This document shows, in pieces, positions 1 to 19,508 of a DNA stretch of 44,479 nt. Where the stretch lies: contig NW_024705440.1 of assembly GCF_018977255.1 (NCBI RefSeq), forward strand, positions 1-44,479. The letters run 5' to 3'. A program made the position numbers and the translations under genes. This DNA comes from Callorhinchus milii. Lineage: Eukaryota. The notes below the pieces were generated by a model, which saw only the letters and a list, made by a program, of their open reading frames with translations, was not told the origin of the DNA and ran no database searches. How positions within the stretch are numbered: position 1 is the stretch's first letter; every line of letters begins with the position of its first letter.

Positions 1-136
1 TGTGTGTGTGCGGTGTCTATGTAGTGTTTGTGTCTGTGTTTGTGTCTGTGTGTGTGTGTGTGTGTGTGTATGTGTGTGACATGCCACCCCCCCCCCCCCT
101 CCCAGCTCTAGCTCTGACTGCAGTAGTGAACAGAGG

Positions 137-8796
<8,660 letters not shown>

Positions 8797-9670
8797 GGTT
8801 GCTCCGACGCTTGAGGGACGTCACCTTCAGACGCAGAGACAGACGCAGACATGGGGGTTAGGATCACAGGAAGAACAATGACCAGACCTCGAACTCCCAA
8901 CGCTGCCCCAACGGCTGCTGCGCTCCGGGGACCTCTCAGCACTTGTAGAACCCGCCCGAGGGACAGCTCAGCTTTGGCGAAGCTCCGGCCAAAAGCGTCG
9001 AGAAGCGGTGTGTGGGCGCGTGTGCGTGTATGCGTGTGTGTGTGGGCGCGTGTGCTCACTAGCCTGCAACACCAACACAGTTCCACTTTGCAACCTCCTC
9101 CCCTGCAGTTCCCCGTCACAGCAGGAAATTGCTCAACACCAGGACACAGAGTTTCTAAACCCTTGTGGACAAGACATCCCGATTTCCCGACAAGCTGCTG
9201 ACGCTCCAGCGCTGGGGGTGGGTTGGGGGGGGGCGGGGGGTGGGGGGATGGGCAGCACCACACGCTCAGAGACGGCGGCTGTCAGATGAGACGTTAAAAC
9301 CTCGCTCCCCGTCACGGTGGTAGTTAACTATCTCCCCGGGCGGGAGCCGTCGGGTAAAGAGAGGAGAGTTTCTCTCTCTCTCTCTCTCTCTCTCTCCCGA
9401 CTCCCGGTTCGTCTCGGCCGATCCCTCGTCCCTTCTCTCCCGATTCGGACACCTCGAGTTTCCGATTGAACGACTCGGAGAAAAGCAATTCAGACGACGA
9501 CAACGACGACAACGACAACCTGTGTTTATATATAACGCCCTGAAAACACCCGGGACAGTGGCAGCTGTTTGGGCCTCAGTATCGAGCGTTAAATGAACGG
9601 TCACTACACGATACAACAACAACTTGCATTTGTATCGCGACCCACGTGTGGGGTAGCGTCCCCGAAGCGC

Positions 9671-9989
9671 TACACACAGTCACTACGCTGTACACACAGT
9701 CATTACACTGTACATAGTCACTACACTGTACACGCAGTCACTACACTGGACACAGTCACTACACGCAGTCACTACACTATGTACACAGTCACTACACTGT
9801 GTACACAGTCACTACACTATATACACAGTCACTACACTATATACACAGTCACTACACTGTACACAGTCACTACACTGTACACAGTCACTACACTGTACAC
9901 AGTCACTACACTGCACACAGTCACTACACGCAGTCACTACACTGTACACAGTCACTACACTGTACACAGTCACTACACTGCACACAGTC
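9671..9989. repeat. 18-bp minisatellite (ACACAGTCACTACACTGT)n
   Basis: Roughly 18 tandem, slightly degenerate copies, read directly. Confidence 0.92.
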
Positions 9990-10230
9990 CCGGACCCGAC
10001 GCCTCACCGGGGATCCACCGCCCGAGTCTCCACCTTCCCACAACACCCCGCGCGCACTCACTCCTCCAGTATCCCGGCAGCCCCGGCACCAGCGCCGCCC
10101 AGTGGCCGCCGCCCTCACTGCAGCGCAGTCACTGTCGGGCGGTGGTCATCTCTCTGCGGTTCTGACTGAGGACCAAGTTCCCAACTCAACCTCTGCGCCC
10201 GGACCTCGCCCACGTCCCGGGGCCAGAGAG
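9990..10230 (-). promoter_or_regulatory. CpG-rich putative PLEKHM1 promoter / non-coding first exon
   Basis: CpG-dense stretch about 1.2 kb upstream of the ATG exon (acceptor at 8824), with minus-strand donor-like sites GTGAGT (10056-10061) and GTGAGG (about 9992-9997). The TSS cannot be determined from sequence. Confidence 0.5.
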
Positions 10231-10231
10231 A

Positions 10232-11112
10232 ACCCCCACACTCCCCCACCCCTCTCCCCCACACTCCCCCCCACACTCCCCCCACACCCTCTCCCCCCAC
10301 ACTCCCCCCCACACTCCCCCACCCCTCTCCCCCCACACCCCTCTCCCCCCACACTCCCCCCCACACTCCCCCACCCCTCTCCCCCCACACTCCCCCCCAC
10401 ACTCCCCCCACACCCTCTCCCCCCACACTCCCCCACCCCTCTCCCCCACACCCCTCCCCCCCACACTCCCCCCAACTCCCCCACCCCTCTCCCCCCACAC
10501 CCCTCTCCCCCCACACTCCCCCCCAACTCCCCCACCCCTCTCCCCCACACCCCTCTCCCCCACACTCCCCCCCCCCCCCCCCCTCCCCCCACCCCTCTCC
10601 CCCCACACTCCCCCCCAACTCCCCCACCCCTCTCCCCCACACTCCCCCCCAACTCCCCCACCCCTCTCCCCCACACTCCCCACCCCTCTCCCCCCACACT
10701 CCCCCACCCCTCTCCCCCACACTCCCCCACCCCTCTCCCCCACACCCCTCTCCCCCACACTCCCCCACACTCCCCCCCACACTCCCCCACCCCTCTCCCC
10801 CACACCCCTCTCCCCCCACACTCCCCCCAACTCCCCACCCCTCTCCCCCACACTCCCCCACCCCTCTCCCCCCACACTCCCCCACCCCTCTCCCCCCACC
10901 CCTCTCCCCCACACTCACCCCCAACTCCCCCGCCCCTCTCCCCCACACTCCCCCACCCCTCTCCCCCCACACTCCCCCCCCTCTCCCCCCACACCCCTCT
11001 CCCCCCACACTCCCCCCACACTCCCCCCACACTCCCCCACCCCTCTCCCCCACCCCTCTCCCCCCACACTCACCCCCAACTCCCCCGCCCCTCTCCCCCC
11101 ACACTCCCCCCC
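10232..11112. repeat. C-rich (G-rich on the minus strand) minisatellite, units such as cacactcccccc/acccctctcccc
   Basis: About 880 bp almost devoid of G on the + strand. It generates the spurious Pro-rich and Gly-rich ORFs. Confidence 0.93.
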
Positions 11113-12339
11113 GGGTAGGGAATCCAGAGCCATATTAACACTACAGACAGAGGATCACCCACAGCGGATTGTGGGACTCATCACAATGTGGAGCCCAGGG
11201 ATAGACTTGGATTTGATCCATTCATCCAATCGCCAATGTGTCAGTGGCGTAAAAAAGACAGTGAACAACGGTTCACAGTAATCATTTTATTTCAAAGAGA
11301 AGGGAACATTGTCTTTGATGTGCGATTTAACTGTTGAGAACAGGAGTGAGGACAACAGCGATGGTTCAGAATAACTACCAACTGGTCTTCTTCGCAGATC
11401 TCTCATCCCTTCTTCCTATTGAAACACCTCCGAGTTTCTGATTGAACGACTCAATGAGGCGTTTCAACGACAACAACAACCTGTGTTTATATAACCTGGA
11501 AACACCAGGACAGTGGGACCTGTTTGGGCCTCAATGTAACTCTTCACTTCACCAAACTGAATCTGGTCCCACTACACTGTGTGTAGCTAATATTGATACT
11601 CTGTACCACATCCGCACACATAACAAATTGTGTTTAGTTTAAAGAGACAAATAATAATAATAAATTAATTAGATATCAGGTCAATTGAAATATGTACGAG
11701 GGAGGTAAATAAATACTTTGTAGATGGGTTTTCAAGGGATTGTGGTATAAGGCAGGAAATGGTGGAACAGGTTTCATGGGCTGAATGGTTCCTATGTTTA
11801 AATATTCCTAATTAAATTAGATCCTGGTTTATTTTTGCCAGTGGTGGTAATGGAACACTGATTGCAGGAATAACCAGCTTGCAAGCCAGTTGCTCTCCAG
11901 GTTGGAGGGATAATGTACGTGTTTGGGGTGGGGGGGTGCGGGCAAGTGTCTGTTGTAAATTGCACTAGTTTGAGGACCCAGGTTAGTGCTGTGAGCCCAC
12001 TTTTTCACTTGCTGAACCAGAATTACTGAGATGGGTTTGCAGTTACCACTTCCAGCCACTGGGAGCAGCCCATGTCTCCGCTTGACGAGACAAGGCTGCA
12101 CTTGCGACACAAGATCACAGGAACATTGGAGGAGGCCATTCAGCCCCTAGAGCCTGTTCCGCCATTCTATTAGATCACAACTGCTCTGTACTTCAACTGC
12201 AATTACCTGCCTCCGCAAAGCGGACGGGAAGGGGTCTGGGAATTTCTAACAGTGACCCTGGGAAAGTGGGAAAATATAAATAAAGATTTTATAAGTGCAA
12301 TTGTCGGTGTGTGTAATAAATAGACGGTCGAGGCTGTAG

Positions 12340-13593
12340 CTAATTCATGCCTTCAGTGTAGAGTTGTTGTAAGATTCTTCTGGTTCCATCGAGGACCACC
12401 GCCCATGAACATGTGCTGTAACCCTGCAGACAGACAGACAGACAGGCAGACAGTGACACCACCACCAACAACTTGCTTTTATACAGTGCCTCTCACTCAC
12501 GGTAGCGTCCCAGAGCTCTTAAGTGTTCAAAAGCAGTTGCTCACCTCCTTCGCTCACTCCTACACAGTTGTGAAGCCAAAACATTCGGACCAGATTCTTA
12601 CCTCCTTTCGTAAAAACGATCGCAGTTTCCTGAAGTATTTCCGAACGCTATTTTTCCAGGATTTTCCTGAATGCGACGGACGCTTTCCCAGGGATTCCTT
12701 CAGATCCTCCAGTTGAGCGTCCAGGAGAGTGCGGAAGAAAACGGTCCGCTCTCTGTCCCAAGTGGCGTTGTGCAAAGTCCCGCTGTAAATAGCACGGATC
12801 CGACGCAGCGCTCGGTGGGCTATCAGCTTCCTATCCCCGGGCTGTGCCACACACACACAATAATATAACATAATATAATAATAAGTCAGGATCCTGTTCC
12901 CGGGCTGTGCACACACACACACACATAGACACACACGATAATATAATAATAATAGCGGTCCTGTCCCGGGCAGCGAAATATGCACACACACACACACAAT
13001 AATATAATAACAATCAGGGTCCTGTGTAACTTGGCTGTGTAACTGCAGCTGGCTTGAGGTTGGGACTGGAGTAGGGTTGGGGTTGAGGTTGGGGCTGGGA
13101 TGAGATTGGAGCTGGGGTAGGGTTGGGGTAGGGTTGGGGCTGAGATATGAGCGCATTTGGGAAGTAAACAAAGAGTAACCGTAAGAAGGTCGCAGAGTGG
13201 ATGAGGCTCTAGAGGAACTTCTGCTTCACTCACCTCCATCCCTCCCCAAAGGCGGGTCAGATCCAGCGGGAGGAGATTCCCTCCATGGTCTCTACAGGAA
13301 ATTGGAAACGTCGGCGCCTGGAAAATAGTTATTGTAAGTGAAGTTTTCAGTGAGATAGAAACCCCGCAAGCAGTAAGATAGAGCCTGATGTAGTGAGATC
13401 AGACCCTGGTGTAGTGAGATACAGACCCCCGCGGGCAGTGGCTCAGGGCCAGGGGTACACTCACCATTTCATTCAGGGTGTCCATAGTCTTTCTACGGAA
13501 GAAGTGATGTAACCGCGCACCCGGGGAGCCCAGGGCCAGCGCCCCGGACATCACCATCAAGAGGCAAAGGCTCCAAACACAAGAATGAGCCAT
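12340..13593 (-). CDS. Type I interferon, divergent 2-Cys form (IFN-A), 4 exons, 178 aa
   Basis: Exons 13465-13593 (signal peptide MAHSCVWSLCLLMVMSGALALG..MDTLNEM), 13234-13317 (APTFPISCRDHGGNLLPLDLTRLWGGME), 12602-12841 (PGDRKL..ATWD..SVRKYFRKLRSFLRKE) and 12340-12423 (GYSTCSWAVVLDGTRRILQQLYTEGMN*). All introns are phase 0 and GT-AG. The YF..L..FL..K/E-YS.C.W signature of type I IFN is present. Confidence 0.9.
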
Positions 13594-13699
13594 TCTCCGC
13601 CTCAGCGACCGGGGTAATGGGTGAAATAACCTCACACACAATAATATAGCAGCGAGAGAGAGATCGTTAAAATCCCCTTTTGCCACTCTTGCGAATAAA

Positions 13700-13822
13700 G
13701 AGTTTCAGCTGTTGCCTTTGTGGGAGGGAAAGTCTGGGTTCTGACACACGGGTATAACCCATGTTTTATACCCACACCAGCTGTGCGCATCACAGAAGCG
13801 AAAGAGCACATTCGTTTTCAGA
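13700..13822 (-). promoter_or_regulatory. Putative IFN-A promoter elements (NF-kB-like and IRF-like sites)
   Basis: GGGAAAGTCT (about 13726-13735), GAAGCGAAAG (about 13795-13804) and TTCGTTTTC (13811-13819), 130-230 bp upstream of the ATG. Motif match only. Confidence 0.4.
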
Positions 13823-16095
13823 TTCAGGGACAGAATAAATATTATCAAATAATAATAAAAAAAGTCCCGCCCGGAGCTCAGGCTAAATATAAACACACAA
13901 TGTGGCTTTTTCTGCTCATAACTTCACTCCTCGTCAAACCCAATCTGCCCACAGAATCACCCGAAATACAAATGCGGACCACACAGATTTGGTTGCTCGA
14001 TACTCGCTGTTCCACAGACGCAACTAGTTATCACCAGGAATGACTCTCAGTGACTTCCCTTTGCCACAGCGAACGAGAGCCGCCGGTCCTGTCTCTCCAC
14101 GTGTCAGGTTCTGTGTGCCAGTCTCTCCACGCCCAGTGTGAGGTGCCATGTACGCCATGGTCACTGTTGAGCCCTTGTTGGTGGCAGCCAGAGTTTCCTT
14201 TTAAGCCACAGGTCACCCCCCCACCCCCACCACCTGAAAGGCATTGCAAACATTTACCTTGTTGTTGGACAACAGTAATCTACACCACACAAGGCTTTAT
14301 TACATAAACCTCACCCGACACCAGATCAGTCACTGGATGCATTGATATCATTCACTTTATGGAATGTGTGCAAATTAGCTGCTGTTCGCCTACAAATAGA
14401 CACTTGACAGTAGTTACCTGTTAGGCGCTTAGAAATGTTTGGGAATTATAATATCAATAATCCTATACAGTAGAACACTATAATAATAATCCTTGCATTT
14501 GACATAATGCCTCATCACGTCTTTGAGATGTCTCTAAGCACTTCACAGAATATACCATAAAGTCCAGTGACTGCACGTGGCAGTCAATTGCACGCAGCAG
14601 TGTCCCACAAACAGTTGTGGATTATATATATATAACCTTGTTATAAGTTGTATGATTCTTACACAGACATGTCAGCTACAAAATAGAGGCTCCAGTTAAC
14701 CGTTTATGGTCCAGATATTGAAGGTCGACCTGACCTCATTGACACTCTGACTCAAGGCCTGAAATTATATCATCCAATTGTGACTCAAATGATATTGGCC
14801 CTGTTTGCAGACAGATTTTGGATATACTTTCTCTTTGCACTATGTTTGTGTTCACTCTCACCTGTTATGGCTTGCCTGATAAGTAGAGATGATGATACCT
14901 TCAGTTAGTTCTTGGGCAATTCATGGTTCCTCATGATATTGGCATTTGTTTTTCACATTGGCCAAAATAACTAGACTCCAAGCCTGGGAGATGGCCAAAG
15001 CCAATAGTCGGATACATGCCAATGGCTCCAGGAGGAAAAGGGAGACATTGTTGCGTTCCTCAATGACTAAACCAGGTTATCCAGTGAGTCAACTCCACCA
15101 TTGAGTCAATAAGTTGCCAGATTGATTGATGCTCTTTGCTGAGTTCACTGAATATGCCTATGCTCGCTCCCCCAAGATACAGATGAACCGCTATATCAAA
15201 TGCAAGGATTATTATTATTAATATTCTGAATACTTCGGAGTATACACATTAAAATGTCTCCACGCACTTCACGGCTAGTTGTTGTCAAGTGCAGTGACTG
15301 CTTTTACATTCAAACAGAGCAGCCACAAAATACACAGTCAATTCACTTTACAATATATTCTATGAAGCGCTTTGAGATGATTTGATAAGATGCTATATCA
15401 AATGTAAGGATTATTATTGTCATTATTATTATCTCTCACCATCTTCTGAGTGGAGTTAGGGCAATCTAATCCGAGAATAGAAAAATATTAATTACCAAAT
15501 TGTACTTATGGTGAAACGACTTTTACGAGAGCCAAGATTGAGGTCCAGATGGAGTCTTAAATACTCGGACAACGTGTTGTGATTTTAGGATTATTGTTTG
15601 GTTAGGATAGAGATGAGAAAGTTATGGATTCTAAGCACTGCAGACACCTTTGGTGTCCAGTCTTGAAATAGTTTTATTGACCACAGCTTCACACTGAAAG
15701 CCAAGTAACCACAGCCACTTCCAATGCTACACCCGCACCAATCTGCTTCTGATTGCCTCATATCTTCATTCACTTTTACTGTATTCCGCTTATATCCCGC
15801 TCTTGTTAACTGCAGTTATTTGGATTGATTAGTCCTCTCCCTCCCTAATTTTCCTCTCAATATGTCGGGAATTTAGAACTTATGTTTTTTGTGTTAATTA
15901 TAAACTCTGTGGCAGTCCCTATTTATCTAAATATAAATGCAACTTGTTGCTATTGAATGTAAGGATTGAGATAACAAACTGAAACATTTGAACGTTAAAC
16001 AAGTGCCCCCCCCCCCCCCCCCCCCCACACACACACACCTCCCACCATTCCTCCAGTCTCACTTGGGGTCTGGTCTATTGTAAAATTTTCTTGAT

Positions 16096-16127
16096 GAGAA
16101 TTCCCTTTCTAGATCAGAAAATGAAAG
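16096..16127 (+). promoter_or_regulatory. Putative IFN-B virus-responsive element (NF-kB-like plus IRF/PRD-like site)
   Basis: GAGAATTCCC (16096-16105) next to GAAAATGAAAG (16117-16127), about 240 bp upstream of the ATG. Resembles the PRDII and PRDI/III elements of IFN-beta promoters. Confidence 0.5.
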
Positions 16128-16361
16128 ATTTTTTTTTGCTTGCGGGTGGGAAGGACCATACCTCAGGGCTGTTTTAATTTCAGATTGGGGCGGGTGGGTG
16201 TGGGGGGGAGTGGTAGAAAGTCACGTAAACGCTGTGTCCCGTTCCATTACTTATTGGCAACATCGACCTCAATATGAGCAACTCTCACACACTCACACTC
16301 ACCCGCTAGTGAGCACACGGTTTTCTCGATCACACTCAGTTGCTGGCTGTTTGCAGATAGG

Positions 16362-18095
16362 ATGCCTTTGAGGTGTGTTTGGAAACTATGTCTGTGTCTC
16401 GCCCTGTTGGCCACCCAGACCCCCAGCCTGGCCTGTAACCTGCCTTTACACAACCTCATGTGCCAGAGGAGTTTAAACCTTTTGCTGTGGATGGTGAGTT
16501 CACAGGAATCCGCGCAGAATATAACAATTCTCTGTCGCTAATGATCTCTTGTATTGTACGGCTGAACCTGCGCCTTTCGCTTTCACACCAACCGTAAAAG
16601 TACAAGCGTTATAAAGTACAAGGGAAAATAACTTTAGGCGAAATTATTCTAACATTGAAACGAATTTATTGGAGCGATTTCACCGGGAAATCGAAAATGT
16701 TATTTTTGGGGGAGGAAGTATTTGAAGAAATCTTTCAATAAAATCGTTTTAGAATTGGAGAGAGAGAGAGAGAGAGAGAGGGAGTTGTGCAGAGAGAGAA
16801 TCTTCTCAGTGTTTCTGACAGAGACGAGTTCATTGAAAGTGTGGTTTGTGTTTCAGAGAGATTCCATCCCCTTTCACTGTGTGCGAGAAATGGGCTCAAC
16901 CGTCGACCTTCGGCTGAATCTGCGCAACGTGACTGGGCCACTTCAGGTGAGTAAATACCTGTACCTCACCACGTGGGGACATTACATAGTTTTATGATTT
17001 TTTTTTAAGGCGAGAAGAGAGGTAGGAAGGAGAGGTGATTTGGGAAGAGAGTTCCGGAGGATAGGAACGGTGTTTAAAGGCTTCCAATATTGGAGGGAAA
17101 AGGGAGAGGAAAAGAGCGATAGACCCGACTCGGGAGGGGATTTGCCTGGAGTACAGAGCTTGAGACGGTTAGGGTTAGGATCAGTTAGGGTGAGGCAAGT
17201 TGCTGACTGGTCTGAAGCCCAGGACAAGCATCTTAACCTTCATCCTGTAAGATACCAGGAGACAAAGGGCTTGGATGTGGGTAATGGCGGTGCCACGTTG
17301 TCTTGGGAGAGAGCGGCTACACATTTCTGGGTTAATTGAAGTTTCTGGAGAGCGAAATGTAGAGATATGGGCAATGAGAATTTTGGAGAAGATATCTGAT
17401 AGGTGACAAAGTCACAGCGAAGGCTTTCAGGATAAAGGAAGGCATAAGTGGGAATGTTGTAGAGATGTCGGAAGGAGCAGGGGTATGGTGTGAAGCTCGG
17501 TGTTAGCAGGTTAAGCAGAACAGGAAGCAAACTTGATCGATTCAGAGCGACGGGTACAAAATGTCTGGTGAGGACCAAACCAAATGACTTTGACTGTGTG
17601 TGGTGCAGGTTTAGAAAGTTACATTGCTCATGCAGGGATGTCTGTATTTCCACAGCCTGGGGATAGAATGCAGGTTTACCTTCAGACTCTCCACCACCTC
17701 AACGAGATTTACAGTAACAACGTAACCTCCACTTGGGACCAGGAGAAGATCCTTGGTTTCCGGTTTGTGCTGGATGAACAACAAATGGAGATGGAAAAAT
17801 GTGCGAAGGAACCAGCCTCTGACGCCATGGTCCACACCACATCTGCCATCCGCACTTACTTCACCAAGCTGGGAAGGTTTCTCAGACAGAAGGTGCCATG
17901 TTATATCTGATTGTATCATCTTTGAAGAGAAATATTTGCATTTAATTGTATTTGTCACTAACTTGCCACAATCTCTGATTTTGTCTGTTGTAGAGGTTCA
18001 GCGCCTGTGCCTGGGAAGTGATCCGAGCAAAGACTTCACGTCGTTTACAGGAAATGCTCACTTTAGCCACGAAAGAAGCAAAGACAAGAGTTTGA
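16362..18095 (+). CDS. Type I interferon (IFN-B), 4 exons, 186 aa
   Basis: Exons 16362-16493 (MPLRCVWKLCLCLALLATQTPSLACNLPLHNLMCQRSLNLLLWM), 16857-16946 (RDSIPFHCVREMG..GPLQ), 17656-17892 (PGDRMQVYLQTL..STWDQEK..EKCAKE..YFTKLGRFLRQK) and 17994-18095 (RFSACAWEVIRAKTSRRLQEMLTLATKEAKTRV*). Introns are phase 0. The CAWE motif is present, and the 3'UTR is AU-rich with AATAAA at 18400-18405. Confidence 0.93.
17000..17615 (-). mobile_element. Degenerate L2-like LINE 3' fragment in IFN-B intron 2 (antisense)
   Basis: The minus strand reads relics such as SFRHLYNIP and LRNSLPKSP..SLLALKK, typical of an L2 ORF2 C-terminus. Confidence 0.55.
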
Positions 18096-19508
18096 GGGTC
18101 TTCTTATGACAAGTTTAAGAAAAGAATGTGACAAATAACTATTTATTGAGAAGTGTTTTTGTTTATAAAGTCTTGGTTATTTAATAACTAAGCATTGTTA
18201 CTTTGGTCTACTGACCTATTCTGTAATTATTCCATTTCTAGATTCAGATTGAGAACAATGGTTCAATTATTTTCTGTATGTTAATGTTTTACGGATATTC
18301 CTGTTTATAGTTTTACTGTGGCAACATGTATATTGTATGAAAAAATCGAATTTATTTTTGTTAATTTTTTTTACAACTATATTTTACTTGAATTCTTTTA
18401 ATAAATGAACAGTAATAATTGAAATCATTCCATATTTTGAAAATCCTTTCCTCTTAGTTCCATAGTTACAATCTTGGATTCAAGCCCCCGGTGTCAATCC
18501 CCTACCATTGGAAAGAGATGTTCACAGTGAATTCTAACATACTTCCCAAGCCCCATGTTCCATAGTTTTTCCACTCCCTCTGCTCTGCAGGCAATAGCTT
18601 GCACCAAGGTCCCCATCCTGTCTGCTCTTTTGGCTCCACACCACTCCCTTGCCTCCTTCAAGACCCATCTCCAGCCTTTCCTCTTTCACCATGCCTTTGG
18701 TTGGACCAACCCTAACCTCCACTGCACAACTCGCACCCCCTCCCCACCCCCCCCCACCCACAACCCCCTCCACCACCCGCCGTAGAATTTAGATTTCAAC
18801 AGAAGAATTTTAATTCGATAAAACTCACCCAGAACCTCAAAGCTGGTATTTATTTTAATAACAGGCATCCATTCTACTCTTATTAAAAGGTTGTTACAGC
18901 AGAGAGGTGTCTGGGGGGTGGGGGTTTGGGGGGGATGTACAGATGCAACAGAGAGAAAGTAGGCTTTGAGAAAATCAGGAACACGTGAAGTAAGCAAAAG
19001 TAAAACAGAGGCAATTAATAAGATACAAAAGACAAAAGTTTAATGGAACATATTCTCCGATTTCATTTAAAAATATACACTTTTTGGTGACAAATTACAA
19101 AAATTAGTAACAGCCAAACATCAGGTAAAACTGCAGCCAATTACACACAGCAGTGCCCCACAAACAGTCATCCCAGTAATACTGATCAATCAATCAATAA
19201 ATATGAATAAATGAACATGTATATCAATAATAATAAATTAATTAACAAAAGAGGCATCAATAAACTCACAAATAAACAAAGCATTTTTTAAAAGTTTTTT
19301 CAAAGTCTCTGGGAATGAATTACTGCAACCACATTGACGGCACCTTAATATCAAAAAGTGTCTATGCTCCATTTAACATTTAAATAATAACAATAATAAA
19401 AATAAAACTTGCATTTGAAAATAAAAACATAATTTAAAATAAATTAAGGAGTTTCTTTATAAATAGTTATTGATCTTTTTTCTCAAACGAATGATCTTCA
19501 GATGACCT

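Noticed and set aside
9671..9989. Regular short repeats superficially like a CRISPR array
   Set aside because: They are head-to-tail 18-mers without unique spacers, in a vertebrate context with no cas genes.
9593..11133. Long ORFs (439, 329, 307 and 242 aa) rich in Pro/His/Thr or Gly/Glu/Trp
   Set aside because: They are translations of two minisatellites, open in several frames on both strands, with no splice or domain support.
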